DNA from: an uncultured Gammaproteobacteria bacterium
GTDB taxonomy: Bacteria > Pseudomonadota > Gammaproteobacteria > Eutrophobiales > Eutrophobiaceae
Length of the DNA: 64,000 nt
NCBI GenBank assembly: GCA_943788005.1
Contig: CALSOP010000002.1
Location: forward strand, 989,389 to 1,053,388
Direction: 5' to 3'
The notes under the pieces are model-generated. The model was not told the DNA's origin, ran no database searches, and saw nothing but the letters and a program-made list of their open reading frames with translations. Within the stretch, counting starts at the first letter, position 1; each line of letters starts with the position of its first letter. The translations under genes were made by a program, and so were the position numbers. This document shows, piece after piece, positions 8,311 through 20,529 of the stretch.

Positions 8311-10529
8311 CTAAGCCATGTCTTGTGGATCTACGTCTAATGACCAACGTACTTTTTTTGCACGTTTACTACTTTCAAGCTTGTCTAACCAATCATCCAA
8401 ATGCATGTGTAATGCTTTTCTGCTTTGCGACTGGATAATTAATTGATAGCGGTAGCGGCCACTGCGTTTTTCAATTAGTGCAGGAATTGGTCCGAATAAT
8501 AATAATTTGTTATCGGTAAGCTGGTTTAATTGCATTGCGGCTTCATTTATAAATTGTTTTGCGTCATTACTATTATGTGCTTCAGTCCTTAAGAAAACCA
8601 TATATGAATACGGCGGTAATGATGAATGATTTCTTTCTTCTAAGAGAGAGTTGCAAAAATAGTTATATCCATGTTGTATCAGTTGTTCAAAAAGTGGATG
8701 TTCAGGGTTGTAGGTCTGCACAATAACAGTTCCTTCTTTAACGCCTCTGCCAGTTCGACCACTGACCTGCATAAAAAGTTGCGCTAATCTCTCGCTAGCC
8801 CGAAAGTCCGTTGAAAATAAGCCTCGATCCGCGTCGACGATGCCGGTGAGCGTGACATTTGGGAAGTGATGGCCTTTTGCTAGCATTTGTGTGCCAATCA
8901 TTATATCAATTTCGCCAGATTGTATTTTCTCCAGATAATCATGCATGGCATTTTTCTTACGTGTTGTGTCGCGATCAATTCTAGATATGGCCGCCTGCGG
9001 AAATAAAGTTGCGAGCACTTCTTCGATACGCTCTGTCCCATGCCCCATAAGCAATAATGTTTCATCACATTCAGGGCATTGTTCAATATGCTGCTTGGTT
9101 ACACCGCAATGATGACAAACAAGGCGGTTTATATTCTTGTGATAGGTATAAGGTAACTCACATCGTGTAGCATTCAGCTTTCCAACCACAACTGTGACAA
9201 ATAAAGGTGCACTGCGTAACCTCTACGGTTTAAAAACAAGAGTACTTGGTTCTTATTATTTAAATGTTCGGTGATCTCATCTACCAGAGTTTGTGATAAT
9301 GGGCCGTGCATTTTTTTGCCGCGGATATCCAGTAAGCGATATTTTGGCGGTTTTGCATTGGCTGCTCGAGCAGATAAAATCAAGTGTTTGTAGCGTTCTT
9401 TTTTAACGTTATATAGTGTTTCTAATGAGGGTGTTGCTGAGCCAAGGATTACCGGGACCTTGTCGCTGAGACGCACGCGTGACAAGCATATCTCTGGCCG
9501 AATAACGAAAACCGTCCTGCTGTTTATAAGATAGGTCGTGTTCTTCGTCGATAATATATAAGCCTGGATTTGCAAGCGGTGTCCAGATAGCAGATCGTGT
9601 TCCTATGATTATTTTTGCTTTACCCGATTTTGCCGCTAGCCAATGCTGAGTGCGTTCAGTATCCGATAACCCCGAATGTTGTATGGCAATATTAACTTCA
9701 AAGCGATCTTTAAATCGCTGTATCTGTTGGGGCGTTAGTCCAATTTCAGGTAATAAAATCAGACACTGTTTGCCAGCGCTAATGACCGCATCCATCAGTG
9801 TCATGTAGACTTCAGTCTTGCCACTTCCTGTTAAACCATCTAGTAAGAATATAGAAGCAGTATCTATAGATTTTAGTATTTCATTCGTTGCAGAATTTTG
9901 ATCTTTATTTAAGCTTGAAAGGGCTCCTGTTTATTTTAATAGCACTGTCAGGAGCTTCTTCAGTGCTTCTTGTGATTAAGCCTTTTTCCTCAAGCGAAAG
10001 GAGTGATGGTTTTGACCTTGAATAAATCGAGTTGATCTCGGACTCATTAGCAGGTGATTTTCTTTGCTGTAGATAATTTAATAGTTGTGCTTGTTTAGGC
10101 GCTTGTCTTAATAAGGTTGAGCTTCAATAGCAGTCCCTTTTTCTGTTAAGGACCAGGTTTTTTCAGCATATTCAGTTATTGATTTATTTTTTCTTAATGA
10201 CGTGGGTAGCGCTGAAAAATACAACTTCTCCAATTGGGTAATGGTAATAATTGCTTGCCCACTTAAGCAGCTTCAAATGTTTATCGTTGAATACAGGATA
10301 TTCATCAATCACATGGTTGATTTTTTTTAATTTATGTTTTGGGAAATTCGCTTTTATTACTTGTCGATACCACAACACCGGTTATATCCTTGCGTCGTCC
10401 AAACGATACGGAAACACGAAGCCCGGACTGTAGGTTTTTTAAATTTGATGCATCATCTGGCAGATAATCAAACAAACGTCTTAAAGGTGTTGCTATGGCT
10501 ACATGCAATATCAATGTATGCGCTGTCAT
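8311..10529 (-). pseudogene. priA: primosomal protein N' (PriA), multiply frameshifted
   Basis: ORF fragments 8311-9189, 9174-9575, 9409-9804, 10184-10378 and 10332-10529 lie in different frames. Together with an ORF-poor gap at 9805-10183 they tile a ~730-aa PriA. Recognisable parts: N-terminal DNA-binding region, DEEH box (IIDEEHDLSYKQ), Cys-rich insert (CHHCG...CPECD), C-terminal domain. Confidence 0.8.
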
Positions 10530-10554
10530 GTGTCTGATGCATGCTTACTGATCA

Positions 10555-11148
10555 TCAATTAGCCTTTTTACATACGTTTATAGTTGCGCGTTTCATTCGA
10601 TGTTGTGTTATTGGATCTATGGGAGCGTTTCTTTGTAAGGTGTGTGGTAAGACTAGTAAAACAATATTTATATTACCAGCAATGAACTTCAATGCCGTGA
10701 AATAGGCATGATTTTTATTTTCAGTTTTCAATCGCCGTTCACAGAGTGATATTGGAATATTATTGTTCTCAAGATAAAGAGAAATAATCTCAGGTGAGTC
10801 GGAAAAAACATGAATTATAATTTCAGAACTTTCATTCGCCGTGCCACTCAGTACTGATCCAACAAGCAATGGTTTGAATTCCGCAAGCATCTGCATGGTT
10901 TTATAGGCTATTTTTCTGTACTCAAGAACCGTCTGCTGTTGTTCCTCACTATGAAAAAGTGATTGATACTCAATCAGGGCAACTTCAACTTCACTATTGC
11001 TGGGTAATAATCGCTTATTGTTGACGTTTAATTGTTGCGCGGCTTTTTTCTTGGCTAATAAAAAATCATCCAGTCCCTCCCGTGCAACAAGTTTGGCAGC
11101 TTCGTGAGCAATATTTTTTCTTATGCGGTCGTCAGAGGTAAGACGCAT
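10555..11148 (-). CDS. hypothetical protein
   Basis: 197-aa intact ORF between priA and mrcA. I recognise no family. Confidence 0.4.
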   Translation of the reverse strand: MRLTSDDRIRKNIAHEAAKLVAREGLDDFLLAKKKAAQQLNVNNKRLLPSNSEVEVALIEYQSLFHSEEQQQTVLEYRKIAYKTMQMLAEFKPLLVGSVLSGTANESSEIIIHVFSDSPEIISLYLENNNIPISLCERRLKTENKNHAYFTALKFIAGNINIVLLVLPHTLQRNAPIDPITQHRMKRATINVCKKAN

Positions 11149-11166
11149 TTTTTTATTACGGTTTTA

Positions 11167-13678
11167 TTAGAATAGTTGTTCTGGAGTAGATGCAGCTTCA
11201 TTTGTTTGTATGAAGACATCAGGTTGATTTGTTTCTGTTATTGATTTTGGTGCGTGTTCCAACCTAAACACTTCAAAAATTGCATCAGGATTACTGGCAT
11301 GGGCTAGTTGTCCGGTTTCCGGATCTATACGGACATTTACAAGGCCCTCTGGTCGTTCCATGATTGATTCAGGCATGCCTTCAAGAGCGACTCTCATATA
11401 TTCAATCCACATAGGCAGTGCTGCACTCGCCCCCGTTTCTCTGCTTCCTAAAGGTTTAAACTTGTCGAAGCCAACCCAGCAGATAGTGACAATTTCCGAG
11501 TTAAAACCAGAAAACCAGGCATCATGTTGATCATTTGTTGTGCCTGTCTTTCCAGAAAGGTCTGTACGCTTTAATTGGAGTGCGCGTCGGCCGGTACCAT
11601 TCTTTATTACATTTCTTGTTATAGAATTCATGATCCAAATGTTCTGGGGATTAACTACGAGAGGCGCATATAGTTTTTCAGTAATTAATTCTTCTGCTGG
11701 CCCAGTAACAATTAATTCGTTCTCGCCCTCTTTCGCTTCTGAAAGAGTATTTTGTTCTGTTGTCTCAAGCGATGTGTTTGGTTCATCTTCAACACACTTA
11801 CGACAGACCACTAATGGTTTTGCCTGAAATATAACTTCATCATTGTAGTCTTTAATCTGATTTAGATAGTATGGGTTAATTAAATACCCACCATTAGCAA
11901 ATACACTATATCCACGTGCCATTTCCCATGGCGTTATTTCAGCGCTACCGAGTGACAAAGAAAGGTTATGAGGAAGTTTGTCTATATCGAAGCCAAACTT
12001 TTGAATGTGCTCAAGCGCAAACGGGACACCTATAGCATGTAATAATCTTATCGATACAAGGTTGCGAGAATGCGTCAACGCAACTTTCAATCGGGTAGGC
12101 CCATAGCTTTTCCGACTGTAATTTTCAGGGCGCCAGTCATCTTCAATACCAGGATCATCAAATACAATAGGAGCATCATTAATAATTGTTGCAGCTGTCA
12201 TACCAGATTCAATTGCTGAGGAATATATGAATGGTTTGAAGCCCGAACCAGGCTGCCGTCTTGCCTGAGTTATACGGTTAAATTTATTTTTATAGAAATC
12301 AACCCTCCCACCAGGGCCAAGACGGCTCCATCATTAGGTGAAAGCGATACCAGCCCTCCCTCGACATTAGGTATTTGTGAAAGAGCCCAGTCACCAGTTT
12401 CAGTTTCGATTAAGCGTATAACATCACCGGGTGATAGAACCTCGGCTGCTGTTTTGAGCTTGCTGCCACGACGATTCTCCGAAATATATTTTCGTGCCCA
12501 CTCGAGACCTTGCCAATTTATCTCAACCTGGCCTATGCCTGTAATGTACGCACTAACAGACTGTTCATTGACATGAGTCACCAGCCCCGGATACAAGTTT
12601 CCCAGAGTTGGAAAGCTCTTAAGCAAAGCTTCAATTTCTTTTTCAGTCTTGTTTTGTATGTCTTCTATATGATGTTCATGACCTCGATATCCATGCCGCT
12701 TATCATATGCGAGCAAATTATTTCTCAATGCTGAGTTGGCAGCATTTTGGTTTTTGTCGCGAATAGTAGTTGTTACTGTTAGGCCATTACTATATGCCGC
12801 GTCACCTTGTTGATCAGTTAGATCGCTCCTGACCATCTCTGCTATATAGGGTGCTTCAAGCTCAATTGAAGCAGAATGCAATGAGGCACTAATGGGTGCA
12901 TTCAAAGCAAGCTCATATTCATCTTCAGTAATATATGAAAGCAATAACATTCTTTGTAATACATAGTTTCTGCGTATTAAAGCACGCTCGGGGTTAGTTA
13001 TAGGGTTTGTTGTCGAAGGCGCTTTTGGTAGTCCGGCGATCATTGCAATTTGAGGCAAGCTTAATGAGTTGATATCAACACCGTAATAAACCTGAGCAGC
13101 GGCAGCAACGCCGTACGCTCTTTGCCCTAAATATATTTTGTTAAGATACAGTTCCAGAATCGCGTCTTTACTTAGCTCTTGCTCAATTTTAAATGCGAGA
13201 AAAATTTCATTAAGTTTTCTTAAGTAGGTTTTTTCACGGCTTAGGAAAAAGTTTCTGGCAACCTGCATGGTTATTGTGCTGCCACCTTGTTTTTTTGATC
13301 CAGTTTTGACTAATGAATAAACGGCTCTTGCAATACCTTGCCAATCAACGCCAGGGTGCACATAAAAACGGTCATCTTCTGCAGCTAGAAATGCTTGTGT
13401 CAATTTTGGTTGAACTTCAGTGATATCTATTGGGGCTCGTCTTTTTTCGCCAAACTCTGCAATTAAAGATAAAGTCCTGCACTGTAAACACGGAGAGGCA
13501 CTTGCAGTTTTACATCCTTCAAAGTGTCGATATCAGGCAGACCAGGCAGCACATACCAGGACACAATTACGACAGTAATTATGCCTAAAACCATTATTGA
13601 AAGGAGAAAATTAAAGAAAAAACGCAACATCTTGTGTAAATGATATCTCAATTGCGCTATATGTTCTGTTTTTTTCAC
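11167..13678 (-). pseudogene. mrcA: penicillin-binding protein 1A (bifunctional GT51 transglycosylase/transpeptidase), frameshifted
   Basis: Three pieces (13463-13678, 12270-13403, 11167-~12300). They carry the TM anchor, GT51 motif EDDRFYVHPGVD, and SGFK / SRN / KTGTTND transpeptidase motifs. Frame breaks lie near 13475 and 12300; at 12300 GGFDFYKNKFNR can be read in the alternate frame. Confidence 0.85.
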
Positions 13679-13822
13679 GTAAATGTAAAATTGAATGCAT
13701 TACGTTAAAAAACCCCAAAAACCTGATTGTTTTTTAAATTTCTCTTGGCTATAGTAGCCGAAGTAAGTTAATGTTGTATTACACATATGGCATATAACTA
13801 ATTACTTCAAAAGGAAAAAATA

Positions 13823-14886
13823 GTGTTTTCGTTTAATAAAAAGTCAGTTCCAATATTAGGTGTCGACATAAGCGCAACTGCAATAAAGTTGCTTGAACTT
13901 AGCCGCAGCGGCAGTAAATTCCGTGTGGAAAGTTATGCAGTTGAGGCTCTTCCACCCAATTCTGTCTCAGATAAGACTATAAACGATATTGAGCAAGTCG
14001 GCGAGGCTGTTGCGCGTGCTGTTAAGAAAGTCAGGCACGCGCACTAAAACTAGCTGCAGTTTGTGTCGCGGGCTCATCTGTAATCACAAAAGTTATCAGT
14101 ATGCCGGCAGGTCTGTCAGACGATGAGATGGAGAGTCAAATTCAAGTTGAGGCCGATCAATATATCCCGTTCCCATTAGAAGAAGTAGCAATGGATTTTG
14201 AGGTAATTGGCGAATCTCAAGAAGGTACAGACAGAGTGGATGTCTTGCTTGCCGCATCACGTACGGAAGTTGTAGACAATGTTGTTGCTTCAATAGAGTT
14301 AGGCGGGCTTACTGCCAAGGTCGTTGATATAGAGGCCTTCGCTATTGAAAACACCATAGATTTAATGAGTAAAGATTTTCCAGCTGGCACATCTAAAGAT
14401 GCAATAGCTGTGGCTGATGTAGGTTCTGCTGTCACTACTTTTAGCGTCATGGAGAATATGAAGATCATCTACTCACGTGAAGAAGCATTTGGCGGCGCAC
14501 AATTAACCGAAGATATTCAACGACGATATGGCTTGTCTTACGAAGAGGCAGGTTTAGCTAAGAGACAGGGCGGGCTGCCGGATAATTATGAGCCTGAAGT
14601 CCTGGAGCCATTTAAAGACAATATGGCTTCACAAATTGGGCGTGCTCTACAATTCTTTTATGCATCAAGCCAAATTAGCGATGTAGACGTTCTTATTCTT
14701 GCAGGCGGTTGTTCTTCCATACCAGGTATAGCCGAATTAGTAGAGTCTAAGCTAGGCGTTAAAACAATGATTGCAAATCCTTTTGCAAATATGGCCGTAG
14801 CGTCAAAAATTCCAACAAACAACCTTACGAATGATGCGCCAGCGATGATGATTGCTTGCGGTCTTGCCTTAAGGGGGGATGGCTAA
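13823..14886 (+). pseudogene. pilM: type IV pilus assembly protein PilM, frameshifted
   Basis: A 74-aa N-terminal ORF (GTG start) plus a 261-aa ORF. The conserved KSGTRTK / KLAAVCVAGSSVITKVISMPAG segments are readable only after two 1-nt frame changes near 14030 and 14048. Confidence 0.85.
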
Positions 14887-15458
14887 TGTCAACGATCAAT
14901 TTACTCCCATGGCGTGAAGCAAAACGTAAGGAAGCTACAGACTCAATTCATAATGGCGGTTGTGACTGTTGCAGTATTAGCACTAATCGTTTGGGGAGCT
15001 GGTCATTATTATCATGTGCAACTGATAGAAGTGCAGAATACCCGAATAGGGCATATCGAAAAAAATATTGAACTTGTTGATAAAAAAATAGAAGAAATTA
15101 AACAGCTTGAAAAAGAAAAAGAGCGATTGTGTCGCGCATGCGAGCGATTGAGCAATTACAAGGTAATCGTCCGTTAATTGTTCGTCTTTTTGATGAAATG
15201 GTTAATAGTTTGCCCGATGGTGTGACTATCTCTGACATTAGTCAAAGTGGAACAAGTATAACTATAAATGGATTAGCGCAATCTAATGCTCGTGTCTCAT
15301 CATTTATGAGAAAGCTTGAAAGTTCCGACTGGCTGGCAAATCCTGATTTGAAGATTGTTAAGGAAGCCGCGGCTAGTGACGGAGGTAAGACCTTCAATAG
15401 TTTTACCTTGATTTTCTCGCAAGTTGTTCCTAAAGCTGAGGAGACTGAAGACTCATGA
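14886..15458 (+). pseudogene. pilN: type IV pilus assembly protein PilN, frameshifted
   Basis: Start is MSTINLLPWREAKRKE (TAATG overlap with pilM). The protein continues in ORFs 14914-15177 and 15129-15458. Frame breaks lie near 14934 and 15128. Confidence 0.8.
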
Positions 15459-16066
15459 GCCTTATTGATGACATCAATAATCTAGATCCAAGCAACCCAG
15501 GTGTTTGGCCCTTGCCAATTAAGATCATTGCCTTTGCAGTGGTGTTTGTCGGGATAATCTATGCGGGATGGCATTTCGATATAACAGAGCAGCGTGAAGC
15601 ATTGGCTGGTCTACAGCAAAAAGAGAAAGACCAAATTGAAGTTCTGGATGCAAAGCAAAAGAAAGCAGCAAACCTAACTGCTCTAAAAGAGCAAATGAAA
15701 GAAATGGAACAGAATTTTGGCGATATGGTTCGTCAGCTTCCTAATAAAACTGAGGTTGCAGGTCTATTAATTGATATTTCCCAAACAGGCTTAGCATCTG
15801 GACTGGAATTTAAATTGTTTGAGCCAACAGGCGAAGCGCCAAAAGAATTCTACGCTGAGCTACCAATCAATATAACAGTTGTTGGAAATTATCATCAGTT
15901 TGGTGAGTTCGTCAGTGGTATAGCTGCACTGCCAAGGATTGTGACTACTCATAATATCGCTATTAAATCTTCAGGCGGAGACGTTGTAGATGGCGTCCCA
16001 CCACTTGAGATGACAGCAATTGCAAAAACATATCGCGCACTTGAAGAAGAGAGTGAAGAGAATTAA
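15455..16066 (+). CDS. pilO: type IV pilus assembly protein PilO
   Basis: 203 aa. TM segment plus coiled coil plus ferredoxin-like C-terminus. ATGA overlap with pilN. Position in pilMNOPQ fits. Confidence 0.85.
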   Translation: MSLIDDINNLDPSNPGVWPLPIKIIAFAVVFVGIIYAGWHFDITEQREALAGLQQKEKDQIEVLDAKQKKAANLTALKEQMKEMEQNFGDMVRQLPNKTEVAGLLIDISQTGLASGLEFKLFEPTGEAPKEFYAELPINITVVGNYHQFGEFVSGIAALPRIVTTHNIAIKSSGGDVVDGVPPLEMTAIAKTYRALEEESEEN

Positions 16067-16068
16067 AT

Positions 16069-16641
16069 ATGAAATCTCGTATTCAAATCAATAAATTCTT
16101 AAAAGCATTATTTTGCTTACTATCTTTCATAGTTATATCTGGTTGTGTCTCGCGAGATATCAGTGACCTCGAAAGAGAAGTCTCAGATATCATGGCCAGA
16201 CCCGGAGGCCGTATAGAACCACTCCCAGAGATAAAGCCTTACGAGGCATATTCCTACCAGTCAGGACTAGCAAACGCACGGAATCCTTTTAAACAATTCT
16301 TTGTGATTGACAAACCAGAAGTTGAAGCGGGTGTTGTTGATGATGGTCTAACAGAAGAAATGGAACGCGAAATTCGTAACCGAAACCGAGAAGAACTTGA
16401 GCAGTTTGAGCTAGATAGTTTGCGTATGGTTGGAACACTTGATAACAATGATAATAATTGGGGAATTGTTCTAGACCCTGATGGGGTTGTTCATCGTGTG
16501 AGTGTTGGTAATTACCTTGGCGTAAACATAGGTAAGATCATTAACATCTATGAAGATCGGATTGAACTCAGAGAGATAGTTCAGGATAGCGGTGGTCGAT
16601 GGGAAGAACGAGAAGCAGCACTTGCTCTGATAGAAGAGTAA
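16069..16641 (+). CDS. pilP: type IV pilus assembly lipoprotein PilP
   Basis: 190 aa. Lipobox-like ...VISGC, with conserved position between pilO and pilQ. Confidence 0.8.
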   Translation: MKSRIQINKFLKALFCLLSFIVISGCVSRDISDLEREVSDIMARPGGRIEPLPEIKPYEAYSYQSGLANARNPFKQFFVIDKPEVEAGVVDDGLTEEMEREIRNRNREELEQFELDSLRMVGTLDNNDNNWGIVLDPDGVVHRVSVGNYLGVNIGKIINIYEDRIELREIVQDSGGRWEEREAALALIEE

Positions 16642-16662
16642 TCAGATTACGAGGTATTAAAA

Positions 16663-18808
16663 ATGATTACCAAAAAAAGAATTACATTTAATTTCAAAGG
16701 TTACAAAACCATGATAACTAAATTACAAGTTTTAACACGCATGACCAGTCTAGCGGCGCTAACATTAATGAGTGCAACCGCCTATGCAGTTTCATTAGAC
16801 GATGTCAGTTTTGCATCATTACCAGGTGAGCGCGTACAAATTAAACTCATGCTGTCCGAAGGTCTGCCTGCTGATCCTTTAAATTTTACTATTGATAATC
16901 CAGCTAGGATTGCTATTGATTTTCCAAACACAACCTTAAACCTGATTGAAAAATCGCAAACGATTGGATTAGGTATGGCGAACAGTTTAAGTGCTGTTGA
17001 AGCGGCAGGACGCACGAGAGTTGTAATTAACTTAACTCGTTCAGTTTCGTACAATGTAGACGTTCAAGGTAATGTGGTTATTCTAAATCTGGATAGTGGC
17101 GTTGGCAGTTCAGCAGCATCTAATTCAAATACATTATCTTCATCAAGCGTAGGCAGTATTGAAGCTGTTGATTTTCGAAGAGGTGAGGATGGGGAAGGAA
17201 GGGTAATTGTTAAATTATCTGATCCGTCCATACCCATCGATATGGGAGTTGAAGCGGGTAAAGTTGTTATAAGTTTTCTTGATGCTCAATTGCCTGCAAA
17301 TCTAGATAGAAAATTAGATGTTATTGATTTTGCTACGCCTGTAAAAGAAATTGACACGGTTGCCAGTGGGAATAATGTCAAGATGACCATCACTGCTGTA
17401 TCAGAGGATTACGATCATTTGGCTTATCAATCTGAAGATCAATACACGATTGAATTCAAGCCAATAACAAAAGAAGAAAAAGAGGAACAAACTAAAGACA
17501 AATTTGGATATACAGGTGAGCGTTTATCATTAAATTTTCAAAGTATTGAAGTTAGAGCAGTACTACAGTTAATTGCAGATTTTACGGGTCTTAACATGGT
17601 AACCAGTGATGCCGTTAGTGGTAATGTTACTCTTAGGTTGAAGAATGTGCCTTGGGATCAAGCACTGGACATCATTCTTAAATCACGTGGATTAGGCATG
17701 CGTAAAGACGGCAATGTTATTATGGTTGCGCCATCAGAGGAACTTGCAGCGCGTGAACGACTGGAGCTTGAGGCAAGCCGTCAAGTTGAAGAACTGGCCC
17801 CATTACGAACAGAATTTGTACAGATAAACTATGCAGATGCGGCTGATTTAATGGGTTTAATTCAGGCAGAAGAGAACAACCTGCTCTCAGAACGCGGTAA
17901 CGTCTCAATCGACGCAAGAACCAACACACTTATTGTTCAAGATGTAGCGAGTAGCTTGCAGTCAATAAGAGGCTTGATATCAGAGCTTGATGTAGCAGTC
18001 AGGCAAGTCTTGATTGAATCACGCATAGTTAATGCGGATGAATCTTTTGCAAAAGATATTGGTGTTCGATTTGGTTATAGTAAAAACACGAAACAATCCG
18101 GTGAAAATAGAAATTCAATTGGTGATAATCCGAGGAATGCACAGGTGTTGATAGGTGGTGGTAACCCGGGTAATACAAATTTTGGTTCCGGGACTTCGTT
18201 TACAACGGCTGATAATGAAAACTTTATTGTTGATTTGCCAGCAATACCTGCAGATGCGACATCACTTGCATTAGCTATAGGTAAAGTAGGTTCATACTTA
18301 CTACAATTAGAACTCTCTGCGCTTATAGCTGAAGGTAGAGGTGAAGATATTGCCAGCCCACGTGTAATTACATCAAATCAAAATGAAGCTATTATCGAGT
18401 CTGGTGTTCAGATTCCTTATCAGGAAGCCTCTTCGAGTGGTGCTACAAGCGTCTCGTTTCAGGATGCTGTGTTAAGTCTACGAGTCACACCTCAGATAAC
18501 GCCGGACGATCGCATCATAATGGATCTAGAGGTAAACCAGGATACTGTTAGCGGTACTACTGTATTAGGAGTACCGGCAATTAATACTCGAAGTGTCTAC
18601 AACACAGGTACTGGTGCAAAATGGCGAGACTGTCGTTTTGGGTGGTGTATATTCATCATCTGATAGAAAGTCGGTTGATAGAACCCCATTCTTTGGTGAC
18701 CTGCCTTATGTTGGGTTTCTGTTTAAACGAACAGATATAAATATAGAGAAAAGTGAATTGCTGATATTTATAACGCCTAAAATATTGAAAGATAGTCTTA
18801 CGATTTAA
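16663..18808 (+). pseudogene. pilQ: type IV pilus secretin PilQ, frameshifted near the 3' end
   Basis: A 666-aa ORF (AMIN and N domains, secretin core) ends at 18663. The conserved tail (QVLVQNGETVVLGGVY...LLIFITPKIL) continues in ORF 18593-18808 in another frame. The true start may be 16711. Confidence 0.85.
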
Positions 18809-18836
18809 TAACAATAATAATCGTTGCACTATTAAA

Positions 18837-18875
18837 GGGATGTACCCATTACGGGTATCATCCCTTTTTGTTTTT
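18837..18875 (+). terminator. rho-independent terminator after pilQ
   Basis: Hairpin GGGATGTACCC-ATTAC-GGGTA(T)CATCCC followed by TTTTTGTTTTT. Confidence 0.65.
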
Positions 18876-18936
18876 ATATAATCTGTTCATCAAAACAAGT
18901 TAGCCATTTATATATAGACTTAGTTGATCATAAATC

Positions 18937-19464
18937 GTGACCCGTCCTAATAACATTATATTAATTGGACCTATGGGGGCAGGTAAAACCACCATAGGTC
19001 GGCAATTAGCCAAAAAGCTATCAGTTAGTTTTTTTGACTCAGATCATGAGATTGAAAAGCGAACTGGGGTAAAAATATCATTAATATTTGAAATTGAAGG
19101 CGAAGAGGGTTTTAGGCGACGCGAAACTCAAGTCTTACGTGAATTGTCTCAAATGAATAATATAGTATTGTCTACGGGTGGCGGGGCAATGACACAACCT
19201 GAAAATAGAGAAGCTATCAAGAATAACGGGTATATTATTTATTTAAAATCTAGTCCGGAAATGCTGTTTAAAAGAACAGCAGATGATAAACGCAGACCAT
19301 TGTTGCAGGGTTCTAACCGCTTAGAGCAAATAAGAAAAATTCTAACTGAAAGAGAACCTGCTTATATTGAAATGGCAGATGAAATAATAGACTCTGAAAA
19401 AAAGAGTATTAAGCAAATAATTCAAAATATTTTAGAGCGGATAAATAAAGATGAAAACCATTGA
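18937..19464 (+). CDS. aroK: shikimate kinase
   Basis: 175 aa. P-loop [12 protein letters not shown]. Conserved aroK-aroB position after pilQ. Confidence 0.9.
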   Translation: MTRPNNIILIGPMGAGKTTIGRQLAKKLSVSFFDSDHEIEKRTGVKISLIFEIEGEEGFRRRETQVLRELSQMNNIVLSTGGGAMTQPENREAIKNNGYIIYLKSSPEMLFKRTADDKRRPLLQGSNRLEQIRKILTEREPAYIEMADEIIDSEKKSIKQIIQNILERINKDENH

Positions 19465-20529
19465 AGTTGATCTAGGCGACCGTAAATATCCAATTTATAT
19501 TGGTGAGGCAGTTCTGTCTGATCAGATATTAATGGATAAACATATTACAAGTAACCAGGTTTTAATCGTAACAAATGAAAATGTTGCCCCATTGTATTTA
19601 AAACGACTCGAAGAAAGTTTAAGCAATGCAAGTCATGAGGTATTGATATTGCCTGACGGAGAAAGTACAAAATCACTAGATAGTCTGAATCAAATCATCA
19701 CATGTTTGATGGAAAAAAAATATAGTCGCACGTGCATATTGATTGCGCTAGGTGGTGGAGTAATTGGAGATTTAACTGGCTTCGCAGCCGCATGTTATCA
19801 AAGAGGCGTTAAATTTATACAAATACCCACGACACTTCTTGCACAGGTTGATTCATCGGTTGGTGGTAAGACCGCAGTGAATCATCCACTAGGTAAAAAT
19901 ATGATTGGTGCCTTTTACCAGCCATGTGCTGTTCTAGCCGATACTAATGTTTTGTCTACGCTGCCTGAAAGAGAATTTTCTGCAGGACTTGCGGAAGTGA
20001 TTAAATATGGTTTGATAAGAGACATATCATTTTATGAATGGCTTGAAGAGAATATTGAGCTAGTAATAAAAAGAGAAAATGAAGCACTGACCTATATTAT
20101 TGAACGTTCATGCATGAACAAGGCTGAAGTTGTTGCTCAAGATGAAAGAGAGTCTGGTGTCCGCGCAACTTTGAATCTGGGACATACATTCGGGCATGCT
20201 ATTGAAACAGCGTTATCCTATAAGGATTGGTTGCATGGTGAAGCAGTTGGTTGTGGTATGTTGATGGCAGCTGATTTGTCAATGCGCCTTAGATTGCTGG
20301 AACAAGAGCAGGTTGACAGAATAAAAGCATTATTACTTCGGGCAAATTTACCTACAAAAATCCCAAAAGGTATCAAGCTTAGATCAAATGCTTGAAAATA
20401 TGAAAGTCGATAAAAAATCCAGAGATGGAGTTTTGTATCTAATATTACTGAATGATATAGGTGAAGCAGTTATCACGTCTGACTATACTGAACAGGCATT
20501 GACGGAAACGATAAATCATTTTTTAGAAT
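19451..20529 (+). pseudogene. aroB: 3-dehydroquinate synthase, frameshifted near the C-terminus
   Basis: The 314-aa ORF stops at 20395. The conserved tail ([23 protein letters not shown]...) is read in another frame up to the TGA at 20527-20529. The frame break is near 20375-20382. Confidence 0.85.
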
